Under the pieces are notes generated by a model, which worked only from the letters and a program-made list of their open reading frames with translations, made no database searches and was not told the DNA's origin. 64,000 nucleotides of DNA from NCBI RefSeq assembly GCF_009914755.1, contig NC_060931.1. One strand, written 5' to 3'. Position numbers and translations under genes: made by a program. Of this stretch, positions 14,915 through 28,608 are shown piece by piece. The DNA comes from the human T2T-CHM13v2.0 reference genome, Homo sapiens. The first letter of the stretch is position 1. Each line of letters begins with the position of its first letter.

Positions 14915-15265
14915 CCTTTTTCTTTTTTTAAAGAAACACTCTTTTTTCTTTTCTTTTCTTTACTTTTTTTTTTTTTTAGAGACAGAGTCTCACTCTGTTG
15001 CTGAGGCTGGAGTGCAGTGGCACGATCACAGCTCACTGCAGCCTTGAACTCCTGGCTCAAGTGATCCCCCTGCCTCAGCCCCCCAAGTAGCTGGGACTAT
15101 AGGCTCATGCAACCATGCCTGGCTAATTGTGTTTTGTTGTTGTTTTTTAAGAGACGGGGTCTTGCTATGTTGTACAGGCCGGTCTTGAATGCCTGGACTC
15201 AAACGATCCTCTTGTCTCAGCCTCCCAAGATGCTAGGGCTATAGGCGTGAGCCACTGCACCCAGC
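14915..15265 (-). mobile_element. Alu (AluJ-like) with long T-rich tail
   Basis: Reverse Alu consensus. Confidence 0.9.
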
Positions 15266-15271
15266 CTTTCT

Positions 15272-15670
15272 TTTTTTATTGTGGTAAAATACATATAACA
15301 GAAAATGGACCTTCTTAACCATTTTTAGGTGTACAGTTCAGTGGCATTAAGCACATTCACACTGTTATGCAGCCGTCACCATCATTCTCCAGAACTTTCT
15401 CATCTTCCCAAACTGAAACTCTGTCCCCATTAAATACTAATTCGTTATACCCCTCCCCACCAGCATCCACATTCAACTTTCTGTCTCGACGGATTTGACG
15501 ACTCTGGGGACCTCATAGAAGGGGAATCATGTAGTATTTGTCTTTTTGTGGCTGGCTTGTTTCATGAGCTTAACGTCTTCAAGGTCCAAGCACGTGAGAG
15601 CAGGCATCAGAATCTCAGTCAAGACTGAATAATATCCCATCGAATGAAAGACCACGTTTTGTTTCTCCAC
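15272..15670 (-). mobile_element. Old L1 (L1M-type) 3' fragment
   Basis: ttgtggtaaaatacatataac...gtacagttcagtggcattaagcacattcacactgtt. Confidence 0.8.
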
Positions 15671-16426
15671 TCAGCCTCCCTTCACCCTTTCAATAAACCA
15701 CGTTGTTTCTCCTTTGATTCCCAGCTAGGGAGGAGTTTCAAAATCCAACTCAAGGGCTAGACGTGGAGCCATAATGTGATCGACTTCAACACACAGAACT
15801 TGGCTGGTTTGGGAAGTGGACCAGGCAGGAGGGAGGGGCTGGCCCTCCCCGAGCCTCTGCTGTGTTCAGGCATTCTGTAGGGGTGGGAGTGATTTGCAGG
15901 GCAGCACAGCTCCAACATGTTGAGATACTGACTCCACAGCATGGGTGGACCCTGTAAGCATCTCTTTGAAGGCAGCCGTCCAAGGACGGGCGCCTGAGTC
16001 ACGGAAGCGTTGCTGGGCTGGTAGCTGGCAGGAGGCACAATTTGCAGGTCCAAGCACGCCACCATCCACACCAGCACACAGGCGCCAGGCACACACGTGG
16101 GACCTCGGAAAAGCCAAGCCACCCACAGAGCAGTGTTAACCAGTGGGAGAACCTTCCAGAATGTTTTGGCTTAAAGGTCAATTATTCTCACCCTGTCACT
16201 TAGTGCGGAGCTGGTGCTTGGCCCCCTGCCCTGAGGAGTTCTCTGTGTACAGCAGCCCATGCCCGTTCTTTCCCAGGACACGGCCGCTAAGGTCTCAGAG
16301 GCCTTTGGTTACCAGCGTCCTTCTACATTCTATTTTCAATGCCACAGTCTTACTCTATCTGTTCATAATTTCAAGGAGAGATTCTGAACCAAAAGGCAGG
16401 CCCAGGTTATGTTATGTATTCTAACT

Positions 16427-16999
16427 CAGGGGTCTCCAACCACTTTGACACCAGGGGTGGGTTTTGTGGGAGACAATTTTTCCATAGACCAGGTGGTAGG
16501 GGATGGTTTTGGGAGGATTCAAGTGCATCCCATTTATTGTGTACTTTATTTATATTATTAGTACATCATAATATAGAATAGAGTGAAATAATTCTACAAC
16601 TCACCATCACGTAGAATCAGTGGGAGCCCTGAGCTTGTTTTCCTGCAACTAGACGGTCCCATCTTGGGGGGAGGGGAGACAGCGACAGATCATCAGGCAT
16701 TAGATTCTCATAAGAGTGCAAACCCTATTGGGAACAGCACGTGCAAGAGAGCCAGGTTGTGCAAGGCATAAGGAGCACGCAACCTAGATCCCTCGCACGC
16801 GCAGTTCCCAATAGGGTTTGCACTTCTGTGAGAGTCTAAGCTGATCTGACAGGAGGCAGAACTCAGGCAGTAATGCGAGGGATGGGGAGCAACTGTCAAT
16901 ACCAGTGAAGCTTTGCTCACTCACCCGCTACTCACCTCCTGCTTTGCAACCTGGTTCCTAACAGGCTATGGCTAGTGGCCCAGGGGTTGGGGACCCCTG
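16427..16999. mobile_element. MER1A-like hAT-Charlie DNA transposon, full length
   Basis: TIRs caggggtctccaacc / ggttggggacccctg; 8-bp TSD ttctaact / ttctaaat. Confidence 0.9.
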
Positions 17000-17282
17000 T
17001 TCTAAATCCTTTACTTTAGAGGAGGGAGCTCCGTGCTGCCTCTTACCTGAACACAGGATAGGATGGGTACGTCTTTTGCTTAATGGTGGTGGGTGCTTAG
17101 TTAATAGGAGAGAAGGAGGGTGCCCCGGTCACAGAGGATGCAGGTATTTCACAGATTTCTAACAATCCCGCCTCCTCTCCTTGGAGGGTGCTCCTTGCTT
17201 CATTGTGGTTCATAGGGGGAACTTTGGAGAAAGAGAAGGTGGTCCTGGTGGAAGCTGATCCATATTTCCTTCAACCCTGCAG

Positions 17283-17384
17283 ATTTAAAGAAGTACCGGC
17301 GCTATGAAGTAATAATGACCGCCTATAACATCATCGGCGAGAGCCCAGCCAGCGCGCCCGTGGAGGTCTTTGTCGGCGAGGCTG
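17283..17384 (+). CDS. SDK1: SDK1 coding exon (102 nt): (H)LKKYRRYEVIMTAYNIIGESPASAPVEVFVGEA
   Basis: cctgcag| acceptor, CTG|gtaagc donor; FN3 tyrosine corner L-x-x-x-x-x-Y and A-x-N-x-x-G-x-S motif. Confidence 0.96.
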
Positions 17385-18950
17385 GTAAGCTCCGTGCACC
17401 CCCAACCCCACTGCCAGAGAGGGCCACAGTGGTGGGGACAGCCAGGCACGCTGCGGCCAAGCCCCTCAGGTGTCCAGCAGCGTTCTTTCTCCTTGAACAC
17501 ATTGCTGTCGGGGCTGAGGTCTCCACGCCACTGGCAGGGAAAGATGGGCTCAGCTGAGAGCTGGAATTTCCTGACAGCTTCAGTGAATGGTCAAGTCTTG
17601 CTTTTGAGACCTAAAGGGTTTGTTCGATACCTGGGGCCATCATATTTACTGTGGCTTTGCTCTACGAAAGTGGTATTAAGTCAGTGGTGATGTAGGTGTG
17701 TGGGAAATGGAACCTCGTTATCTGGAGGGGCAGATGTTTGTATCTGCATGGGTCCTTCAGTGGGCTTCGGCAGTGGCCTGGTGACAGCCCATTCTCTAGG
17801 TCTGGGAGAGCCATGTGGGCCATTGTCTCCACCCCTTTTAGATAAGATGTGACTGTTGGGTCTGATTCAAGGGACCTTGCCTTCTGTGGGGCTCACAGTG
17901 GGAAGCAACGTCTATTTTTAGATCAGATCCTGTCCCTATCCCTCTCCGGGCCCAGCGTGCCGCAGGTAATGAGAGCAACGCCATTCCTTCGGCCAAGGAG
18001 ACCACAGAACCTCACCCTCCTCGCTGGCTGGTGACTTTAAAGAGTTCCCTGACTTCACATAGAGCCTGATGTTTCTGCTCTTTTCCGCTGGTGCAGATTT
18101 AGAAGGGTGTTGTTTCAGGCCCGGAATAATTAGAGTGTCCCTGAGGACAGAGGCTCGGCCTAGCAGGAGCTGCTGCATAGTGGGGAGGGTGAGATGGGGG
18201 GGCAGGGGCGGCTCGGACTGCGGGGGCCAGAGGAGGGAAACACATCAGGTGACCTTTTGCAATTGGGAAGGGTTATTGTTATGAACCAATCAATAGCACC
18301 AAGGGTCAAGCCCAGCGGATTTTTTCCGGAATGGTCAAGCGGTATTTGCATACAAATGAGGATGCGTGGAGAGAGGCATCAAGAGCATACGGTATTTCTG
18401 CCTCTCTTTGCACGAAAATATGTTCAAAGGGGTCACTCAGAGCCACCGAGGTACGGCTCAGCTTTCCCTCAGGGATGGACCTGGCTGTAGAGGAGCCCAT
18501 TGAGGGCCATGGTGGGGCCACCAAGGGTGCTGTCAGAGAGGGGTGCCAGGGTGCCGTCAGTAAAGGGTGGGTGCCACTGCGGACGGCGGCCATGGCAGAT
18601 TCTGTGCTCTCCAGTTGTATTCGGGTGACTGGGCCCCAGTTGGCCCCCATGGCTGGGGGTGGGTCAGCCTGTGGCATCGGGGGAGCACAGGAAAGGAGGG
18701 CCGGGAACTACAGTGTCTGAACTGCAAGCAGAAGGTGTGGGTGTCAGAGCTCTGCCTGAGGGTCTGCCTGCGCCTGGGCATAGGACACCAGGAACCAGGG
18801 GGCTCAGGGCACTTGGGCAGGCCCTGAGACCGAGGCAGACGTCCAGAGAAAAGAGCTTCAGCAAGCGGTAGGGAAGCCAGGGGTGGTGCGGGAAACTGGG
18901 GAGTCGCGCCAGGGCCAGCCAAGCGGCAACAGGACTGGATGCCCAGCAAA

Positions 18951-19360
18951 CAGCTCCAGCTCTATGCCCAGCGCCCAGCTCCAGCTCTATGCCCAGCGCC
19001 CGGCTCCAGCTCTATGCCCAGCGCCCAGCTCCAGCTCTATGCCCAGTGCCCGGCTCCAGCTCTATGCCCAGTACCCGGCTCTAGCTCTATGCCCTGTGCC
19101 TGGCTCCAGCTCTATGCCCAGTGCCCGGCTCCAGCTCTATGCCCAGCACCCGGCTCCAGCTCTATGCCCAGCGCCTGGCTCCAGCTCTATGCCCAGCGCC
19201 TGGCTCCAGCTCTATGCCCAGCGCCCAGCTCCAGCTCTATGCCCAGCACCCGGCTCCAGCTCTATGCCCTGTGCCTGGCTCCAGCTCTATGCCCAGTGCC
19301 TGGCTCCAGCTCTATGTCCAGCACCCGGCTCCAGCTCTATGCCCAGCGCCCAGCTCCAGT
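18951..19360. repeat. Minisatellite, 25-bp unit CAGCTCCAGCTCTATGCCCAGCGCC, ~16 copies
   Basis: Read directly. Confidence 0.95.
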
Positions 19361-19380
19361 TCTAGGGTCTGCGCTGTTGG

Positions 19381-19744
19381 TGTCTTAGTTCCTTCTCACA
19401 CTGCTGTAAAGGGACGGGGTAATTTATAAGAAAAGACGTTTACTTGGCTCACAATTCTGCAGGCTGCGCAGGAAGCATGGTGGTCTCTGCTTCTGGGGCG
19501 GCCTCAGGAAGCTTCCAATCATGGTGGAAGGCGAAGGGGGAGCAGGCATCCCACACGGCACAAACAGGAGCAAGAGAGCGCAAGAGGGAGGTGCCACACA
19601 TTTAATGACCAGATCTCATGAGAACTAAGCCATTCATGAGAAACCCACCCCCACATCCCCATCCCCTCCCGCCAGGCCCCACCTGCACGTTGGGGATTAT
19701 AGCTCAACATGAGACTTGGGCAGGGACACATCCAGGCCATATAA
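19381..19744 (-). mobile_element. MaLR solo LTR (MST-like)
   Basis: gggtaatttataagaaaag...ggctcacaattctgcaggctg...gaggtgccacacatt. Confidence 0.82.
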
Positions 19745-19749
19745 GTCTG

Positions 19750-20200
19750 TCATCGTGGTAAGATGCGTATAACATGGAAAGCATTCTCCGTGTGCAGTTC
19801 AGCGGCATTCAGGATGGTGAGCAGCCATCACCAACATCCATCGCTGGAGCTGTCTCTTCTTCCCAAACAGAAATCCCATACCTATGAAGCAGGCCCCCTT
19901 TTCCCTCTTTTCCCATCCTGGGCAGCCTCTCACTTACTCTCTGTCACTGCAAGTTCACCTCTCGATACTTGGTACAAATGGAGTCGTGCAGTGCTTGTCT
20001 TCCTGTGTCCAGATCCTTGCCCTCGGCGTGAGGTTTTTGAGGTTCAACCGGGTTGTAGCAGATGTCGGAATTGCCTTCCTTTTCATGGCTGAGTAATATC
20101 CCATTGCATGCATTTACCGCATCTGGTGTGTCTGCTCCTCCAGGGATGGACACTCGGGGGCCTTCCCCCTTTTAGACTTGTGAGTGTGCTGCTGTGAGTG
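19750..20200 (-). mobile_element. Degenerate L1M 3' fragment
   Basis: ttccttttcatggctgagtaatatcccattg motif. Confidence 0.65.
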
Positions 20201-20280
20201 TGGGAGAGCGAGGAGCTTTTCAGCAGTGCAGAGCTGAGACAGCCCAGGTGTGGGGAGGCAGTTGCAGAGGCTACAGGTGA

Positions 20281-20982
<702 letters not shown>

Positions 20983-21661
20983 CCATTTAGGCTTTTATCC
21001 CCTGAGGAGCGGCTGCCACTGCCCCAGGACACCCTCTCTGTCCCCCTCCCTCTAGGCGGGGCTCAGATTTCCCCTCTGTGCGGTATCCTGGGTGCTTTGT
21101 GCACAGCTCTGCCTTCCCCCCAGCAGCGGGGCTGCCTTCTCTCTAATGCTGCTCCTCCCCATTAGACCAAGGCTGCTTCATCCCAAACAGCTCCTTGCCC
21201 CAGGGGTATTGCCAGAGGGGATCAGAATACCTTTGTCATTCGGGCAAATTGAGGTTCCCAAACTTCCACAGGGCAGGAGAGCAGCTGGGGAAACCCTGCA
21301 CCCAGGGACGTGTCCTGGAGACAGGGCCTCCCAGATATGCTGAGATGAAGGCAGGTGGAATCAGTGTCTCATAGCAGGGCTGCAGGGAAGGCTAATCAGA
21401 AGCTCCTCATCCTGAGGGAGAGGAGGGAGAAGGAACCTATGGTCTCTGTCCCTGTAACAGCAGATAACACAGTCACCATCTGCCGCCCAGGCACTCATGT
21501 TCTAAGCTGGTCTTTCCATGGGGCTCCTTCCTGAGGCTCCTGGCAGTAGGGAGGGAGAGGCAGAGCTGGTGAGGGTGCACAGGCTGGCAGAGGCTGTGAG
21601 GCCACTTTAGGGCCCTGGCAGATGGGGAGCAGTGCCAGGAGCCGGGGTTCACACAAGGGAA

Positions 21662-22625
<964 letters not shown>

Positions 22626-23089
22626 CTAGACACGGCCCCTGCATCCAGGTCTCTGCTCCACCCCACCCATCAGATGTGGCTTGGCTCTTGCACACCCAAA
22701 ACAACTCACACATCTCCTGTGCCAGGCCTGGCAGTGCCAACCCTGCAAGTGGACATCTCAGTTGTTTGGCCTCAGCACACTCCTCCGGGTTCTGTGTTTA
22801 CACTGCAGAGAGTTTTCTGGAAGGAGAAAGCCAGTTCGCCATTCCCTTTCTAGCCTCTGCTTCTCGCAGCCCAAGTACCTGCATTGTAACAACCCTAATC
22901 TGCTGAGGAGAGGCACTGCTAACGTATTGACTTAGAGCAAGTAGGCCTTCAGAAGAGGAAATTAAATTGGGCCAGCTTCCGTCCCCTCGGCTGGAAGCTT
23001 CAGAGCACCACAAACTCGTGGGCCCGAAATGCTCAAAGGCTTTTATGAAAACTAAGACTTTGCTGTGGTCCCATAGGTAAGCGTGCAGG

Positions 23090-23420
23090 TCCAAGCGTCG
23101 GCTCTACTGTTTACTGCCTGTGTGACCACGGGCAAGTCACTTAACCCCTCTGAGTCTGGCCTTGAGACCTTGTGCTGCTGTGGGGAGACCTGTGAGTGAG
23201 GAGACTCAGGTACTGGCTTCATTGCTGCCACTAAGGCACCAGTCCTGCTCATAAGATGAGTGTCCAGAATGTACCTGGCCCGGGGTCAGCCCCCAGTCAG
23301 TATTTGGTGAATGAGGGGGACCCTGGGTGAGTGAGTCGGTTTGTCTGGCCTCATCTGTAAAATGATGAAATGTTCAGAATAGATGATCTCTGGGTCCCCT
23401 GAAGTTCAAATACGTGATAC
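23090..23420. mobile_element. MIR fragments
   Basis: tgtgaccacgggcaagtcacttaacccctctgag; ctcatctgtaaaatg. Confidence 0.6.
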
Positions 23421-23519
23421 TTAAATCTGTTTAAACTCAGAGAGGAAGGATAATTTTTAGATTTTTAGCTGAGATTGATGCACAAGCCCAGGCACTACAA
23501 ATTGGTAAAAATAATCCAT

Positions 23520-23760
23520 CGGTAAGGACTCCAGTGTGCAGGAGGTAGGACCCAACGCCAACAAGCTTAAGCTGAAAGAATCATTATTAACTCCTGCACT
23601 GGAAGAGTTGCAGAGCCTGGGACAGCTTCAGGCATGGCTGGATCCAGCGCCCCAGCAAGCTGCTCCATGTGGCCTCTTGGATCCACTTTCCTCCTAGTTG
23701 GCTCCTTCCTTGGTCAGGCTCTTCATCAAGGTGGCCATACAGCCCTGGGCACAGAGAGCT
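23520..23760 (-). mobile_element. Ancient MLT1-type LTR fragment
   Basis: cttcaggcatggctggatccag motif. Confidence 0.5.
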
Positions 23761-24635
23761 TCCCTTTTCTGCAGTGGAAGTCCACTGGCTGTCTTCAGCC
23801 TGCCTTTAGTTGCATATCTGTCCCCAAACTAGTTGCTGCAGCCAACGTCCTGAGGTGCCCAAAGCCAGGGAGATGTCATCTCTACCTGGACCACCTGGGC
23901 CAACTGTGAAGCGAGAGGGTCCCTAGAGGAGATCCAGTGCGACAGTCAGAAGAAGGGGACTCGGGCATTCACCACCACAGCTGTCCTGCAGTGCTGATAG
24001 GCAGAGTTTGACTAGGTGGCCAGAAATTTTTCTGGTGGAGGTATGGACAGTGTCTATGGGTTCCTCAGCAGGAGAGCTCTTCAGATGACCCAGCCAGAGT
24101 TCTGGGCCCAGCTCCACATTCCACAGCGTTCCGGGCACTGTGGGACCACGCTCCAGCCTTCAAGACACTCACTATTCATGGATGGGCCCTGGTCTCAGGT
24201 TAAGCCTGCACTCCTGCCCAGACCCCAAGCAGGCATCTCAGCCCCTGCCTGTATTTCCAGAGCCCCCAGGCTTCCCCCTCCTTGAGTATGTGCCCCCTCA
24301 TCCATACCAAGCTGTTTCCGCCTGGGATGACTGCTCCCTACTCCCGTCCCTGGGAGGACAGACAGTCCTCCCTCCCATGCAGCCCTGCATCCACGCGAGC
24401 CCTTGGATGGGGCAGCTGTCTTCTCTTTCCCGGGCAGGATTAGCTGTTTCTTCCTCTGCTCCAGAACATGCCACGTACACAGCTCTTTGCATATCCACCT
24501 GAGGACAGGTCTTTTTCTCTCTGAGTTCCATGAGGGCAGGGACCCCTCTTATCCCCAGAACGTTAGCATAAGGCCAGAACATAGAAAACATTCTGAAGAT
24601 GTTAGAGGAAGGGTGGGAGGGAGAGAAACACATTT

Positions 24636-24690
24636 AGACAGGAAGGAAGGAAAGAAGGGAGGGAGGGAGGGAGGAGGGGAGGGGAGGGGA
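24636..24690. repeat. Polypurine (GGAA/GGGA) tract
   Basis: Read directly. Confidence 0.85.
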
Positions 24691-26436
24691 GTAACAAACA
24701 TAGCCCAGGCCACCGGCCCAGAAGCACAAGTGACTGAGTGACCCCTGAGCTCTAAGGGGGGATGGAGCGGCTCCAGGGCCCAGGGAGCTCAGGGAGGGCC
24801 TAAAGCAAGGCTTCCTGTCCAGAGGTGCCCGGCCCAGCTCTCCTGTTTGCTCTGCAACTACTGTCCTTTCCCAGGAGCTCTAAAACAGTTAAAGCTTTAA
24901 AACAAAACGAAACAAAATAGCAAAGCTGGCCTCACACACCAAACAAAGCTTGTGGTTTTCTGTTCATTTATGAATCCACGCTGACCGAAAACTGATTCAG
25001 CCCCAGATGTGTCGTGGGGACACTAGGGGCAGTCAAGTTCTACCCACTTTGCCCTGGGGGTCCTGGCACAGACAAGCATGGCCGCCAGCCCAGCTCCCAG
25101 GAACTGCAAGAGCAGGACCTCCTCTCCTGGAGCAGGGCCCTCCGACACCCACCCCGGCTGCTGGGACCCCTCGTGCACCTTTGTTATCCCCAGGGTCGCT
25201 CTTTAGCCAGAGTTAGTGGCAGCTGCCCCAGGACAGAGCCTCCAAATAAAAAGAGGTGCTGTGTCCCCACATAGGCCGCCTCCTTGGAGCCTGTGGCCTC
25301 GTGGTTCCCTCGACCCTTAGCTCGTCCCCGGAGCCGGCTCGCCTTCCCCACCTGCTGAGCCCTGCCACTGATGGTTTAGGTCACTCGGCGGTCCTGGGGG
25401 CTTCTGGGGCCTACAGCTGGGAAGCTGGGTTGGGGTGAATCAGGAGGAAGGGCTGCCGTCAATGAGTAGAGCCCCCCGCTGCTCCAGCTTCCTAGGGAGA
25501 GACCAGAAGCCCCCAGCCCACCTCACTAAGCCCTCAAATGCTGTGAGCATGCCTGCTGTCTGTCCAGTGAGTCTAGGAGGTGCCTTGGAATCTCCTGGGC
25601 CCGTATAGACAGTGCGGGTACAGGCATGGCCCTTCTTTGGGGAGGAAGGCGCCCCTCCTAGCCTCCTCCTCCACGGGCCTTCTCCAGTTCTTGCCCTGTG
25701 CTTTGGGGTCTAGTAGTGGCCAGACCTGGGATTGCCACCCCTGGCATCTGTAGCCTCCTTCTGGGGGCTGCAAGTAGTAGGGGCTCCAGCATGTCTACCT
25801 AGGAGGGGCTCAAGAGCCACACTGTGGTTCGGAGTGGGGCTTGGGACCCATCTTGACTGTGTTTGCAGTGTGGGTTGTGTGCATGTTGGGTGTGTTATGT
25901 CTGTGTGAGGGACTGTGAGAGAGGACAGGTGGGCTTGCTGCTACATGAGGCACGGGGGCCAAGTCCAGGGATGAGGCAGGGGGCACCTGAGGGAGTGGGG
26001 AGGGCTGGGTCCCATGTGGGGGTAAACCTCCATAGTTAACCCACGGCATTATTACCATTATTTTCCATCATCCAATACATTTGCACAAGACTATGGGTCC
26101 AGCACCTTGCTATTAGAAATGAAGCTACTCTGAACACTGTTACAAATCTTTTCCAACGTCTCCAATGCCTGCCTTGGGATAAAACGCTAGAAGCAGAACT
26201 TCTGGTCCAATGACATGAACATTTTTCACCTTTGAAATACTTCAGCTAATTGACACCCTGCAGCGGTGACCAGATACAGGGCTCAGGTTGCATTCCTCTT
26301 TCCTCCTGCTTTTAAATCTTTCCTAGTTTATTAGGCAAGAAGGTATCTCATTATTATTTTCCTAGATGGGCTTTTAAATGACTGGTCTGTGATTAAATGC
26401 CTGCAGAGCTCATGGCTATTTTTTGCATGGGGGTCT

Positions 26437-27242
26437 GTTACAAGGTAAACTGAGACACAAAATGTTAGAAGAGTTTATTCGAGCAGACAGCAATTCATGA
26501 ATCAGGCAGCACCAGTCCAAAGGTGGTTTGGGGTTCTGTGAAGGGAACACAAGGGGAACGTTTTTATGGTGTGAATGTGGGAGCTGGACAAAGAAAATAC
26601 TTGATAAGAGTATGTTGTTGCCTTCTTCAGTCTCAACTGTTAGAAAATTCCTAGTTGTATTGGTTTTCATGCTGCTGATAAAGACATAGCCAAGACTGGG
26701 TAATTTATAAAGAAAAAGAGGTTGAACGGACTCCCAGTTCCACGTGGCTGGGGAAGGTGAAAGGCACGTCTTAAATGGTGGCAGGCAAGAGAGAATGAGA
26801 GCCAACCCCTTATAAAATCATCAGCTCTTGTGAGACGTATTCACTACCATGAGAACAGCATGGGGAAAACCACTCCCATGATTCAATTCTCTCTCGCTGG
26901 GCCTCTTCCGCAACATGTGAGAATTATGGGAGCTACAATTCAAGGTGAGATTTGGGTGGGGGCACAGCCCAACCATATCACTAGCTGTATATCTGCCTTT
27001 AGTTGCATATCTGTCCTCAAGCTAGTTGCTACAGCCAACGTCCTGAGGTGCCCTCAGTAAGTTGTTGGCGGCTTCTGATTGGTTGGGCTTAAGTTTTATT
27101 TTTCTTTAATATGGGCATTTACAAGAAATAGCCCAGGTTAAGTTTTGTTTAGGTTTGCAGAACCAGCAAGGTCAAGGTTGTCTCCACGGCTTAATGGGCT
27201 TTGCTCAGGGGATTCTCAAGCCTGGTCTCCATTTTATTTTAA
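26437..27242 (-). mobile_element. ERV1 LTR (MER67-like, tentative) split by a THE1 LTR
   Basis: tgttac... start, gagtttattcgagc, aattcatgaatcaggcagc, ...ctggtctccattttattttaa end. Confidence 0.6.
26656..26980 (-). mobile_element. THE1 solo LTR
   Basis: tgtatt...gctgctgataaagacatagccaagactggg...aaccatatca; TSD ctagt / ctagc. Confidence 0.88.
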
Positions 27243-28363
27243 TGGGTCTTAGTGTTTTGTGTTGATTTCTTAGAGCTTCTTATATATTAGGGATATCATG
27301 TTTGATCATGTCTATGGCAAATACTTTGTCTTTAATTTTATTGTGTTTAAGTGGTTGTGTGCTCAAACCTCCATATCTGAGGCATCTCTCCTTCCCATTT
27401 TGAGACCAAGTAAATATTCACCCAGATATTTTTTCATAATTTTCATGGTTTTATGTTTTCCATTAAACTCTTTCATCAAAAAAAAAAAGAAAGAAAGAAA
27501 AAAAAAACTCTTTCATCCTCCTGGAATTAATTCTGGAGCCTGGCATGAAGTGAGCTTCTAAATGGATCATTTGTTTCCAGAGAAGTTTTTTCCCCCGAAA
27601 CCATCTATTGATTTTTAATTGCTTTGTGGTGCGTCTTAATCATGGTTTAAATTCTTACACACAGTCAAGTCTGTCTGAAGACATTCCTTCGTTCCACAGA
27701 CATCTTTACTGTTGCCCTAGTACTTCTAAAGCTTTCATTTACATCAGTTTGTTACACATTTTTTTCATGTTTAGGAGGGCTTGTCTTATTCCTCTTTGTT
27801 TTCTAAAATTTCTCAGCCATTCTATGAATTTTACAATCATTTTGGCAAGTTCTTAAAAAAAAGCAAATGCTCCTGGGATTTTGATGGAAACGTATTAAAT
27901 AGTAAAGGGATTTGGAAATCCTCGCCGTCTTCCTCCTTTTCGTCTATTCATGCTTGCTCCCGGGAGCTGGCTGTCCCTCTGGCACCGTGCTGCTGGGCTG
28001 GCAGCGCTCCTGGTGCAGGTCCTGCTGTTGCTTGTCAAGTCATTCCTGGCAGTTTTATTGCGGCGGTTGCTGTGAGCCTGGGTATTGTAATGGCTCGTCC
28101 CTGCTCTGCCCACCGCCAATCGCAGCTCAAGGCTGAGGCTCACATGGTTACTCAGGCATGTTAAATATTAGTCCAGCAAAAAGAGCAACATAGGTTTTCC
28201 CCAAAAAGCGAGCCAGGACTTGCCTTTTTTCCACACCCAATGGGGAGTGGCTGCCCAGCTCAGATGAGAGCCGAGTGTCCAGCACTGTGGCCTTTAGCCC
28301 CGCAACTTTCACCAAAAACAGAAGACAGACAGATACCCATGCTCAGCATTTAAAATCACTCGG

Positions 28364-28608
28364 CCGGCCAGGCATGGTGGCTCATGCCTGTAATCCTAGC
28401 ACTTTGAGAGGCCAAGGCGGGTGGATTACTTGAGGTCAGGAGTTCGAAACCAGCCTGGTGAAACCCCATCTCTACTAAAAATACAAAAATTAGCTGGATA
28501 TCGCTTGAACCCAGGAAGCAGAGGTTGTAGTGAGCCGAGATTGTGCCACTGCACTCCAGCCATGGCAATTGAGTGAGACTCCGTCTCAAAAAATAAATAA
28601 AATAAAAT
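28364..28608 (+). mobile_element. Alu with internal deletions
   Basis: Alu consensus jumps from aattagctgg to atcgcttgaaccc. Confidence 0.9.

Noticed and set aside
18883-19429. Repetitive 100-160 aa ORFs in three frames; superficially CRISPR-like array
   Set aside because: A 25-bp tandem repeat with no unique spacers and no cas genes, in primate DNA
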